Positions 14,785-21,459 of a stretch of 32,000 nt of DNA are shown here, one piece after another; the first letter of the stretch is position 1, and each line of letters opens with the position of its first letter. This stretch comes from a virus. The notes beneath the pieces are model-generated. The model had not been told where the DNA came from, did no database searches, and saw nothing but the letters and a program-made list of their open reading frames with translations. The translations under genes were made by a program, and so were the position numbers. The DNA lies in the IMG/VR virus record IMGVR_UViG_3300033407_000001, positions 117,276 to 149,275 of that record; one strand, written 5' to 3'.

Positions 14785-15324
14785 TCACTCTTCGTCTAGC
14801 TCTCCGGTCCAGTATAGGTAAGAAGCCCATGCTGAAGGCGCAGTTGTCTTGCTGATTGTGATCGTCAATGACGGCACCCAGTTAGGCTGTGATGGCTTGC
14901 ACTTAAGATGCATGCCAGACTCATTCGGAGTCCTGTCTCTCTTCTTTGAGTTACAGTCATAGCAGCAAGTGACGATGTTCTTCCACGTTGTCTTTCCGCC
15001 TCGTGACTTCGGAATAACGTGATCGTACGTCAGGTCCGACATCTTCTCCTTGGTGCCACAGTATTGGCATTTGTAATTATCACGACCAAAGATATTGATC
15101 CGAGAGAACTTCACCTTCTTCTTATGCCTTTTGAAGGCGGAAAGAAGGCGCACCACTGCTGGCATCTTGATAACCATGGAGGTTGATCGAATGTCGTGAT
15201 CGTACTCCTCGATCACTTCAATCTTGCCCAGGAAGAGAAGGGTTATAGCCCTCTCCCATGAGATCACTTTCAATGGTTCGTAGCCTTGAGATAAGACCAG
15301 TGTTCTAGTTTCTGTAGCAGACAT
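14785..15324 (-). CDS. HNH endonuclease (McrA-like family)
   Basis: CQYCG..DHVIPKSRGG..WKN..CCYDCNSKK. AAGGAGG SD upstream. Confidence 0.85.
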   Translation of the reverse strand: MSATETRTLVLSQGYEPLKVISWERAITLLFLGKIEVIEEYDHDIRSTSMVIKMPAVVRLLSAFKRHKKKVKFSRINIFGRDNYKCQYCGTKEKMSDLTYDHVIPKSRGGKTTWKNIVTCCYDCNSKKRDRTPNESGMHLKCKPSQPNWVPSLTITISKTTAPSAWASYLYWTGELDEE

Positions 15325-15359
15325 ATCAGCAACCTCCTTTCGTTATGATTATAGCTTAG

Positions 15360-15442
15360 TACCGAAGATGGGAGTCGAACCCACACGCCCTTGCGGGCAC
15401 CGGCTTTTGAGACCAGCGTGTCTACCATTCCACCACCTCGGC
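15360..15442 (-). tRNA. tRNA-Leu(CAA)
   Basis: Class II tRNA: GCCGAGG.., GGUGGAAUGGUAGACAC D region, loop CUCAAAA, variable arm UGCCCGCAAGGGCGU. No CCA is encoded. Confidence 0.8.
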
Positions 15443-15515
15443 GTATGCGACGGGACTCGAACCCGCAACGACCCGATTGCTTAAACGGGCGCTCTACCAA
15501 TTGAGCTACGCAAAC
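15442..15515 (-). tRNA. tRNA with an enlarged or bulged anticodon arm (CCCG-UUUAAGCAAU-CGGG); identity unresolved
   Basis: Normal acceptor (one U-U mismatch), GCUC..GAGC D arm and GCGGG-UUCGAGU-CCCGU T arm. Its last nucleotide would be G1 of the next tRNA. Confidence 0.55.
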
Positions 15516-15556
15516 AGAATCAGACAATCTCAGGTACTCCTGCGATTGTCTAGAGT

Positions 15557-15584
15557 TGGTGCTCGGATGAGGAATCGAACCTCA
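15557..15584 (-). other. tRNA 3'-half-like minihelix (T arm, acceptor 3' strand, A, CCA)
   Basis: UGAGG-UUCGAUU-CCUCA-UCCGAGC-A-CCA. The complementary GCUCGGA lies at 15634-15640 inside the upstream CDS. The intervening 49 nt do not fold into a cloverleaf. Confidence 0.4.
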
Positions 15585-15596
15585 CTTTTCTGGACA

Positions 15597-16259
15597 TCAT
15601 GCATGAGGAGCAGTTGCATCTTCAATCAATGCTTCCGAGCGTAATTTCTTCCCAAGCTCTTCAATGTTAAAGCTCTGGGCGCAGGCGATCTGTATCACCG
15701 GGCAATCTTTCTCCCACCACTCTATGTCGATAGCCGACTTGAGTGAGCTGGAGTTGGGTAGCTCGATATAGCCAAATCTATCGTCGCGGATGAGGATTCC
15801 TTCGCTGATTTTACTCAGGTCCAGATATTGAATCTTCCAAGAGCTATCATCTCCCCAGACGCAGCCGGCGACAAAGCCGAAACTTCCGTCGGGGTCGGAT
15901 TCGGTTCCAAGCTCACTTTTGCATCCTACGGTGGGAACGTAGAAGTCGGTCGGGCAAAACCCAAATCCATCCCGGTCTTCGCCACAGATGTCTTTGCAAG
16001 CAGGCAGGGACATCACTCTGGTTGCAGTGTAATCCCTGGAGTAGAGAGCGTATTCCTTGCCACCCTGCACGAAAGGCACAAACGTGTTGTACATCGAGCT
16101 GTAGTTGCGGTCGTATTCTCCAATCTCGACCTTGGAATCACCTTCCACGCGGAAGATCTTAACCTTGAGAACATTCCAGCATCCAGGTTTACTAGCGATG
16201 GACTCGGTCTCAGTTACGTATTTTTCTGAAAGTTGCATGATGTCTTCTCCGTTTTTCAT
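15597..16259 (-). CDS. hypothetical protein (220 aa)
   Basis: The ATG at 16259 abuts the tRNA CCA. An alternative ATG at 16238 has a GGAG SD. Confidence 0.6.
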   Translation of the reverse strand: MKNGEDIMQLSEKYVTETESIASKPGCWNVLKVKIFRVEGDSKVEIGEYDRNYSSMYNTFVPFVQGGKEYALYSRDYTATRVMSLPACKDICGEDRDGFGFCPTDFYVPTVGCKSELGTESDPDGSFGFVAGCVWGDDSSWKIQYLDLSKISEGILIRDDRFGYIELPNSSSLKSAIDIEWWEKDCPVIQIACAQSFNIEELGKKLRSEALIEDATAPHA

Positions 16260-16337
16260 TGGCGCAGAGGAATGGAATCGAACCACTGACCTTCCGACTC
16301 CGAGAAGCCGTCTGCTCTACCACTGAGCTACCTCCGC
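16260..16337 (-). tRNA. aberrant tRNA: G3:U70 acceptor with a UCU-type anticodon loop and a 3-bp anticodon stem
   Basis: Acceptor GCGGAGG/CCUCUGC gives G3-U70. Anticodon region is GAC-GGCUUCUCGGA-GUC. There is an 8-nt variable region. CCA is encoded. Confidence 0.6.
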
Positions 16338-16339
16338 AT

Positions 16340-16448
16340 TGGTGCGCGGCAGTGGAATCGAACCACCTACCCTATCGCTTCCGCAATGCGCCCCGGTACC
16401 AAGACACATGCTTCCACGATAGACCTCCCCCAGAATGGGCCACCGCGC
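16340..16448 (-). ncRNA. 109-nt tRNA-like gene (canonical acceptor, T arm and CCA; interior unresolved)
   Basis: GCGCGGU/GCCGCGC acceptor, GGUGG-UUCGAUU-CCACU T arm, then A and CCA. The interior contains a 6-7 bp stem CUAUCG/CGAUAG enclosing 39 nt. Confidence 0.5.
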
Positions 16449-16455
16449 GAATTTA

Positions 16456-16866
16456 TCATCTGATCAAAGGCAGTTGAGATACCTCCTTTCGGATACTAGC
16501 GCGGTCGCATGGAGCGATGCCAATGGCCATAAGTTGACCACACCAAGGATTATCAGGTTCCCTGATCGAGGCATGAGGAATGCCTTTTAAGATCAACATC
16601 TTCTCTATGCTTAGAAGATGGATCTCACTCTCGGCGGCGAGAACTACCGCGTGAGTTCCAGATGGGATATCCCCATCACTCGACTCGCCTGCGGCATGAA
16701 CTAATTGAGCTGACATCAACCCAATGGGGAGGTCGGCTCTTACGATGCAATAGTGATATTGCGTCTTGGGACTTACGGGACCACTGGTCGCCCGATGGAC
16801 TTCCGAAGTGTCAAGCTCGTGAGGACATGACTCCAAGGTAGAGACGCATTCCCAGGCTGTCAACAA
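16456..16866 (-). CDS. Pth2-type (archaeal/eukaryotic-type) peptidyl-tRNA hydrolase-like protein
   Basis: ..YCIVRADLPIGLMSAQLVHAAGES..AVVLAAESEIHLL..GIPHASIREPD..MAIGIAP..QLPLI follows the Pth2 pattern. The start codon is uncertain (TTG at 16866). Confidence 0.6.
   Translation of the reverse strand: MLTAWECVSTLESCPHELDTSEVHRATSGPVSPKTQYHYCIVRADLPIGLMSAQLVHAAGESSDGDIPSGTHAVVLAAESEIHLLSIEKMLILKGIPHASIREPDNPWCGQLMAIGIAPCDRASIRKEVSQLPLIR
16835..16863 (-). promoter_or_regulatory. TTGACA motif near the Pth2 start
   Basis: - strand GTTGTTGACAGCC, 17 nt spacer, TACCTT. It conflicts with the TTG start at 16866, so one of the two calls is wrong. Confidence 0.25.
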
Positions 16867-16993
16867 CTATTTTTTTAAAAGCAACACGAATCCCTGTAGC
16901 GACAGCGAAGGCACGTCATGTGTGCATGCTCTGGAACGAGCGGTATCTGGCAGGTGGGGCAAGAGATATCCGGATCACAGGATTTTGAGCCAT

Positions 16994-17299
16994 CTACTTC
17001 TCGACCTTCACGCACTTGCCGTAGATCTTGTTTCTTCCGATCCATCCGTTCCTCCCACCTCGATTGTTGCCAATGAGGTATCGATCTTGGATGACCGACT
17101 TTATCAGATGCAGATACTCAGCACCCTTGACCTTGCAGAGAACGATATCCTCCGTCACCAGCCGCGACGATTCCGATATAGGCTCTACAGTGACAAGGTC
17201 TCCGTTATTGACTCTGCCAGTCATTGAGTGACCTCGCGGTCTGAATTGGACCGTTTCACCCTCAATGAGTTTGTCTATGTAGTCTTTAGCCCATCCCAT
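16994..17299 (-). CDS. S24 (LexA/UmuD-like) peptidase domain protein
   Basis: RPRGHSMTGRVNNGDLVTVEP (the G-x-S-M Ser motif) and a downstream Lys in ..HLIKSV... Confidence 0.6.
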   Translation of the reverse strand: MGWAKDYIDKLIEGETVQFRPRGHSMTGRVNNGDLVTVEPISESSRLVTEDIVLCKVKGAEYLHLIKSVIQDRYLIGNNRGGRNGWIGRNKIYGKCVKVEK

Positions 17300-17304
17300 A
17301 ATAG

Positions 17305-17387
17305 TGCTCAGAAGGGGAGTCGAACCCCTACGCCCTTGCGGGCACTGGCTCCTTAGGCCAGCGTGTCTGCCATTCCACCACCTGAGC
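17305..17387 (-). tRNA. tRNA-Leu(AAG)
   Basis: Class II tRNA and a near-paralog of the one at 15360-15442. Perfect CUGGC/GCCAG stem with loop CUAAGGA (A34). No CCA is encoded. Confidence 0.8.
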
Positions 17388-17389
17388 AG

Positions 17390-17518
17390 TTAAATTTTAC
17401 CCCAGAGCCATCCGCCAGCTTCCCAGCCAACCCTGGCTAGAGCGGAACAGCATACCCAGGCTACGATCCAAACGATCGTCCCTGATACTGAACTTGGAAG
17501 ATCTGGTAATTTTGACAT
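17390..17518 (-). CDS. possible small membrane protein (42 aa)
   Basis: Its ATG overlaps the upstream UAA (UAAUG). It has a hydrophobic core GTIVWIVAWVCCSAL. It falls below the ORF track threshold. Confidence 0.3.
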   Translation of the reverse strand: MSKLPDLPSSVSGTIVWIVAWVCCSALARVGWEAGGWLWGKI

Positions 17519-17730
17519 TAGCTTGCATATCCCTTGGTGACCCGGTCTCGGACTTTGTCGTATTCGCCTTTGCGAATTTTGATCTTGTTACCCTGCCGGC
17601 GGAGCTTTGACGTCCGCTTCTTGGTGAACTTGTTGCCGGAGCTACCGCGCCGAGCCCACTTGTCGAGCTGATCGACGGTGCCCTCGCCTTCGACAACGCT
17701 ACGAATACTCTCGATAAGTTGGCCAAACAT
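17518..17730 (-). CDS. small basic protein (70 aa; start trimmed)
   Basis: The ATG at 17730 lies 7 nt after the -10 of the 17738-17766 promoter. The C-terminus is K/R-rich. Confidence 0.45.
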   Translation of the reverse strand: MFGQLIESIRSVVEGEGTVDQLDKWARRGSSGNKFTKKRTSKLRRQGNKIKIRKGEYDKVRDRVTKGYAS

Positions 17731-17737
17731 AAGATCT

Positions 17738-17766
17738 AGCCTATTCCACTGAGATCTGACTGTCAA
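17738..17766 (-). promoter_or_regulatory. TTGACA promoter giving a leaderless start at 17730
   Basis: TTGACA (17761-17766), 17 nt spacer, TAGGCU (17738-17743). Confidence 0.45.
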
Positions 17767-17787
17767 TCCTCAGTGGAATCGCATATT

Positions 17788-17872
17788 TGGTACTGCCGGG
17801 GAGACTCGAACTCCCACACCCGAGGATACCAGATCCTAAATCTGGCGCGTCTACCAATTCCGCCACGGCAGC
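17788..17872 (-). tRNA. tRNA-Leu(UAG)
   Basis: Class II tRNA: CCAGA-UUUAGGA-UCUGG, GGGAG-UUCGAGU-CUCCC. CCA is encoded. Confidence 0.85.
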
Positions 17873-17876
17873 ATAT

Positions 17877-18104
17877 CTACTCTAGTCTATTTCCATTGCT
17901 GGAATTCAATTTCATATCACACAACGAGCAATACCCACTGTCGTAACGACACTCGTTGTCGCAAGTGTCTGTGCGGCATTGAAGTGAAGCGATGATTCCG
18001 TACAAGTCCTCCAGGTAAATCATAGGCAAGTCGTCCTCGGCGAACTCAGTCATCTTTGATACCAGACGATCAAATCTGGCCATGTCGATTTGCAGTGTCT
18101 TCAT
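17877..18104 (-). CDS. hypothetical Cys-rich protein (75 aa)
   Basis: Track ORF that ends 5 nt before the tRNA. Confidence 0.55.
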   Translation of the reverse strand: MKTLQIDMARFDRLVSKMTEFAEDDLPMIYLEDLYGIIASLQCRTDTCDNECRYDSGYCSLCDMKLNSSNGNRLE

Positions 18105-18116
18105 GCTCTATCACCC

Positions 18117-18446
18117 TCAGTGCAATGATGATGATTTGGAGTTCTCGACAATGATAGATACGAGTTCATTATGGATTGGAGCAAGCTTGTCTCCGGTACT
18201 GCATTGGCAGCGGATATTGTCCGCACCCAGCGGTGGCTGTCTTGGGCACCCCTCCTCGTGAGGGATATCCCTACAGAGTTCACCCCACCTGGTGAGGAGA
18301 GGCTTATCCTGTTGGCTGGCGTCAGCGCGGAGCTGATCAATCATTCCGATGAGGATTGGGACGTGCATTGGATAACCCTCTTCCCTGAGTGTCGAGGCGA
18401 TTAGTTCTACGGTGTCGTCGATCTGTTTGTCACTGTATTTAGTCAT
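18117..18446 (-). CDS. hypothetical protein (109 aa; start trimmed)
   Basis: The ATG at 18446 lies downstream of the 18456-18484 promoter-like motif. The longer ORF overlaps the tRNA. Confidence 0.5.
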   Translation of the reverse strand: MTKYSDKQIDDTVELIASTLREEGYPMHVPILIGMIDQLRADASQQDKPLLTRWGELCRDIPHEEGCPRQPPLGADNIRCQCSTGDKLAPIHNELVSIIVENSKSSSLH

Positions 18447-18455
18447 CCGTGGATG

Positions 18456-18484
18456 GTCATGCCTCGAACTCGATTGATTGTCAA
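18456..18484 (-). promoter_or_regulatory. TTGACAAT motif directly after the tRNA CCA
   Basis: - strand ..GGCACCA-A-TTGACAATC. The -10 is weak (CAUGAC). Confidence 0.35.
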
Positions 18485-18485
18485 T

Positions 18486-18562
18486 TGGTGCCACAGGCGG
18501 GGTTCGAACCCGCAAAATCCTGATTTTAAGTCAGGCACCTATGCCAGTTAGATCACTGTGGC
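18486..18562 (-). tRNA. class I tRNA with anticodon UAA (Leu codons UUA/UUG by anticodon, but no long variable arm)
   Basis: GCCACAG/CUGUGGC, AUCU..AGGU D arm, CCUGA-CUUAAAA-UCAGG, 5-nt variable loop, GCGGG-UUCGAAC-CCCGC. CCA is encoded. Confidence 0.8.
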
Positions 18563-18747
18563 AAACTATTTGTATTTGATACCCTGCCTGAGGGTATCAA
18601 TTCGACAGCGAGCTGAGTCGGGGTAGTCCCCGTAGCCCGCTGCGATGGCCCGGATAACTGCCTCAACATCTGATGGGGGACTTCCATCTGGAATGTCCCT
18701 GAGCCCATCCTGAACCATTCTAACGACGTCACGCGCCACCTCTTCAT
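18553..18747 (-). CDS. questionable ORF (64 aa)
   Basis: The stop is U8-G9-A10 of the tRNA. The ORF contains a perfect 10-bp hairpin, so coding status is doubtful. Confidence 0.3.
   Translation of the reverse strand: MKRWRVTSLEWFRMGSGTFQMEVPHQMLRQLSGPSQRATGTTPTQLAVELIPSGRVSNTNSLPQ
18576..18600. repeat. perfect 10-bp inverted repeat (hairpin)
   Basis: TTGATACCCT-GCCTG-AGGGTATCAA, located just upstream of the tRNA 5' end. Confidence 0.6.
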
Positions 18748-18754
18748 TGTACGT

Positions 18755-18931
18755 TCAGAAGTTCGGAGGAACGCAGTTTGGCCATCTGAACTCATGTCCT
18801 ACTGGCCCAGCCCACCATACCTGAATCCTATATTGCCCCATGGCAAACGCCGACACCATCAGGGTGTACTGGCCGGATGTCCATTCACTGAGAGACTGTG
18901 GAGTCGTCAGTGATGCTAAGGTGAACTGCAT
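18755..18931 (-). CDS. hypothetical protein (58 aa; start uncertain)
   Basis: Track ORF 18755..18970, trimmed to the internal ATG to limit overlap with the upstream gene. Confidence 0.35.
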   Translation of the reverse strand: MQFTLASLTTPQSLSEWTSGQYTLMVSAFAMGQYRIQVWWAGPVGHEFRWPNCVPPNF

Positions 18932-19179
18932 TCCTCTGCCGTGACCTTGATGACGATATGCTTTGTCCATTCAACGTGAGGCTTACCCGCATCCTCGCAA
19001 GCGCCACAATAGAAGGTTAAATCTTCTATTTTATTGACTGATGGATACATGATGTAGGCGCCGTCGCCGCAAGCCATTATCTCCTTCCCACACCCTGGGC
19101 AGTCGTCGTAGACGCTGAATGGTGGATAGAAGCGTTTAATGTCTAGCTCTATTGGATCTTTACTGTGTGTAATTCGCAT
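18916..19179 (-). CDS. zinc-ribbon protein (87 aa)
   Basis: CPGC..CGAC pairs. The ATG abuts the CCA of tRNA-Ile. Confidence 0.55.
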   Translation of the reverse strand: MRITHSKDPIELDIKRFYPPFSVYDDCPGCGKEIMACGDGAYIMYPSVNKIEDLTFYCGACEDAGKPHVEWTKHIVIKVTAEECSSP

Positions 19180-19253
19180 TGGTCCCTCGACGAAGAGTCG
19201 AACTTCGGTCTATCGGTTATCAGCCGAGTGCTCTGCCATTGAGCTATCAAGGG
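19180..19253 (-). tRNA. tRNA-Ile(GAU)
   Basis: CCCUUGA/UCGAGGG, loop CUGAUAA, CGAAG-UUCGACU-CUUCG. CCA is encoded. Confidence 0.85.
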
Positions 19254-19259
19254 GTAAAT

Positions 19260-19532
19260 CTATAGGCGCGTAATCTTGCCATCGATCGTGCTATCGAGAA
19301 ACATGAAGGTCTTCCCGGTTTCGATGTCTTCAATCTTGGTGTGACTCCCGCCAGGACGGAGATCAACCTCCCACTCGCGCCCATGATCTATCACTCTAAC
19401 GATGATACCGTTGAATTCCTCTTCGATCACAGGAAATTCGACCTCTACGCACTTGCCAGCAGCATCCCATGCAGCATCCCAGTGATGCACTCCAGCGGGA
19501 ACGTGAACATGGGTATGGAGAGGGAAAATCAT
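19260..19532 (-). CDS. hypothetical His-rich protein (90 aa)
   Basis: Track ORF with a 1-nt overlap with the upstream gene. Confidence 0.6.
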   Translation of the reverse strand: MIFPLHTHVHVPAGVHHWDAAWDAAGKCVEVEFPVIEEEFNGIIVRVIDHGREWEVDLRPGGSHTKIEDIETGKTFMFLDSTIDGKITRL

Positions 19533-19810
19533 CAGTTCAGCATATCCCGTGGCACAACGTCGAATCCAAGCATCTGCAAGTTCTCACGTAACTTCCTGCA
19601 GTCTGGAGTCTTTGTCGTGACCGTGGAAGAGGCAATCGTAATGTACCCAAGCAGGGAGTGATTGCTCATCTCGTCAATGCGGTCTTCCGTAAAGAGAACT
19701 GCGTCGTGTAGCAGACTGAAGCAGTGCTGTTTGTGACGGTCGGGCTCGACCTGTCCCAGCTCGCTCATGGTTTTGCTTAGGCTGCGTACTTTTTCTTGTA
19801 TTGTCGTCAT
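19532..19810 (-). CDS. hypothetical protein (92 aa; start trimmed)
   Basis: The ATG at 19810 lies 5 nt after tRNA-Val. The longer ORF overlaps that tRNA. Confidence 0.6.
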   Translation of the reverse strand: MTTIQEKVRSLSKTMSELGQVEPDRHKQHCFSLLHDAVLFTEDRIDEMSNHSLLGYITIASSTVTTKTPDCRKLRENLQMLGFDVVPRDMLN

Positions 19811-19815
19811 CTTAG

Positions 19816-19887
19816 TGCCCCCAGATGGGATTGAACCACCGACCATCGCCTTGTAAGGGCGCCGCTCTCCCGCTGAGCTATAAGGGC
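19816..19887 (-). tRNA. tRNA-Val(UAC)
   Basis: GCCCUUA/UGGGGGC, GCGCC-CUUACAA-GGCGA, GGUGG-UUCAAUC-CCAUC. No CCA is encoded. Confidence 0.85.
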
Positions 19888-19920
19888 AGAATCTCAGGCA
19901 TGAAGCCTATTGTAAAGTTT

Positions 19921-20322
19921 TTAGCTTAGTCCCTTGGGGACGCATAGGAACATGGGAGTTCTTGCTCCCATCCAAGTATCGTCTACGTTGAATGAGAAGT
20001 ACTCTTCAGCTTCTTCCTCGGTCATGCCATCTCTGTTCATGAGAATCTCTATACAGAGCCTCCTGTCGTAGCAGGTAACGGGGCGCTTCCCTTTGCCATA
20101 CACGACTCCAACGAAGGCCTCCTCAAAGCCGTCGGCATGCAGGAACCTCTTTTCCGGCCATTCCTCTATAAGGAATCGATCGATCTCTTCTTTATCCATA
20201 GACTTCCGCCATCCGCAAGATCCATCATGTCCATCGTCGAGTAGGCATACTGAGTCCAAATCTGGACTTGGCTTCCAGCACATCCCCTCAACCTTGAATG
20301 AGGCTATCTGTTCTTTATCCAT
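19921..20322 (-). CDS. hypothetical protein (133 aa)
   Basis: Track ORF. The A of its ATG is A76 of the upstream tRNA (CCAUGG). Confidence 0.65.
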   Translation of the reverse strand: MDKEQIASFKVEGMCWKPSPDLDSVCLLDDGHDGSCGWRKSMDKEEIDRFLIEEWPEKRFLHADGFEEAFVGVVYGKGKRPVTCYDRRLCIEILMNRDGMTEEEAEEYFSFNVDDTWMGARTPMFLCVPKGLS

Positions 20323-20395
20323 GGTGGTAAAGGAGGGACTCGAACCCTCGCCGAATGCCTTATGAAAGCACCGTCCTAACCCGTAGGGCCTTACC
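20322..20395 (-). tRNA. tRNA(CAU), Met or Ile2
   Basis: GGUAAGG/CUUUACC, loop UUCAUAA, GAGGG-UUCGAGU-CCCUC. CCA is encoded. The D arm is irregular. Confidence 0.75.
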
Positions 20396-20396
20396 C

Positions 20397-20591
20397 TTAT
20401 GCTAAGCCTTCTTGCTCAGCAAATCGTTCAAGAATAACGAGTTCACCTTCCGTATCCTCATTATAGACTTCGGAATTTGCGTGAATCGCCCACTGAGGGA
20501 TCCAGACTTCCTCGCCCTCAATAAGACACTTGAGTGCTTTGCCGGTGTCGTGAATCACTGAGACATTATAGAATGATACTGTGCTTTCCAT
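20397..20591 (-). CDS. hypothetical protein (64 aa)
   Basis: Track ORF whose stop lies 1 nt before the tRNA 5' end. Confidence 0.6.
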   Translation of the reverse strand: MESTVSFYNVSVIHDTGKALKCLIEGEEVWIPQWAIHANSEVYNEDTEGELVILERFAEQEGLA

Positions 20592-20608
20592 TGTTTTTAT
20601 CTCTTATC

Positions 20609-20684
20609 TGGTGGGCCCACTTGGGATCGAACCAAGGACCAGTCAGTTATGAGCTGACGGCTCTAACCACTGAGCTATAGGCCC
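20609..20684 (-). tRNA. tRNA(CAU), Met or Ile2
   Basis: GGGCCUA/UGGGCCC, GUCAG-CUCAUAA-CUGAC, CUUGG-UUCGAUC-CCAAG. CCA is encoded. Confidence 0.85.
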
Positions 20685-20954
20685 TTAAACATCTGATACA
20701 TCGCGGTGATGCCTGCTGGCGTTCTCGTTTTTATGCAGCCATTCCGCGCTTCTTCGTCTATCCCCTACGGAGATAATTCTGAACTTCTTCTCAGGGGGTA
20801 CGCCGAACTTTCTCTCGCTGAAATAGATAAGCTTACCCACCTTAGCAAGCTTCTCTGGGATCCATGACTCATCCCATTGGGTGGTGCCGCCTTCTGGGAA
20901 GGCACTCTCGTATCGACATTGTCGATAGAATATCTGGCTGCTTGGCTTAGACAT
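20685..20954 (-). CDS. hypothetical protein (89 aa)
   Basis: Track ORF whose UAA abuts the tRNA 5' end with no gap. Confidence 0.6.
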   Translation of the reverse strand: MSKPSSQIFYRQCRYESAFPEGGTTQWDESWIPEKLAKVGKLIYFSERKFGVPPEKKFRIISVGDRRRSAEWLHKNENASRHHRDVSDV

Positions 20955-21232
20955 TAGTCTTCGAAGAATTCTTCTTCATTCTCTGGAGGTTCAACATCAT
21001 CACTTTCCTCGGAATTCATTTCAAGGTCAGTGACATCTAGCGGAAAGTCACCTTGGATTTTTCCGCAGTCCAGACAATGATCGAAGCGAATGTAGTCGCC
21101 TCCGCCGATGCCAAAATCGTCAGGGACATAATCATTGTCTATTTCCAAATCCCCAAGGGTAAGACCAAACATGTCTGAGCATTTACCGCTCAGACTGCAG
21201 ACCCGATCGCTTCCACAGGTGTCGCATTCCAT
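20954..21232 (-). CDS. acidic Cys-rich protein (92 aa)
   Basis: CxxC..C..CxxC with an E/D-rich tail. GAGG SD upstream. Confidence 0.6.
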   Translation of the reverse strand: MECDTCGSDRVCSLSGKCSDMFGLTLGDLEIDNDYVPDDFGIGGGDYIRFDHCLDCGKIQGDFPLDVTDLEMNSEESDDVEPPENEEEFFED

Positions 21233-21344
21233 TATTACTTACCTCGAACCCGAGCCATACACCAGCGGCATGCCTTGGCGATAGAGCCACCGATAATGAC
21301 GAGGAGTGTCACTTCGCCCACTCCTCCGCAGATGCAAAAAATCA
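21183..21344 (-). CDS. possible small membrane protein (53 aa)
   Basis: The ATG lies 7 nt after the -10 of the 21352-21380 promoter. It has a hydrophobic N-terminal half and overlaps the next gene by 50 nt. It falls below the track threshold. Confidence 0.3.
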
Positions 21345-21351
21345 TTTGCTG

Positions 21352-21380
21352 AAGCTATTTCCAGGTGAGGCAATTGTCAA
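21352..21380 (-). promoter_or_regulatory. TTGACAAT promoter directly after the tRNA CCA
   Basis: - strand CCA-AUC-TTGACAATTG, 17 nt spacer, TAGCUU. Confidence 0.45.
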
Positions 21381-21383
21381 GAT

Positions 21384-21459
21384 TGGTGCCACCGGCGGGG
21401 ATCGAACCTGCAATCTCTTCCTTCGGAGGGAAGCGCCTTATCCGTTTGGCCACGGTGAC
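21384..21459 (-). tRNA. tRNA-Arg(CCG)
   Basis: GUCACCG/CGGUGGC, CUUCC-CUCCGAA-GGAAG. One mismatch in the T stem. CCA is encoded. Confidence 0.8.

Noticed and set aside
14563-14799. + strand ORFs 14563-14799 and 14582-14764, and similar ORFs at 15270-15527, 25494-25733, 29728-29940, 29906-30121, 9345-9536, 9459-9773, 9594-9788, 21365-21601, 16259-16477 and 31401-31691
   Set aside because: All of them are read through tRNA or tRNA-like genes or their antisense strands. None has a ribosome-binding site or a recognisable motif.
11044-15324. HNH genes as evidence of a mobile intron or homing element interrupting tRNA genes
   Set aside because: None of the three HNH ORFs lies inside a tRNA or between matching tRNA halves. 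They appear to be free-standing phage HNH genes.
17397-17726. 109-aa - strand ORF
   Set aside because: It is a low-complexity S/R/A-rich product that fully overlaps the 17518-17730 ORF in another frame. I preferred the two-gene model (a 70-aa basic protein plus a 42-aa hydrophobic peptide), though with low confidence.
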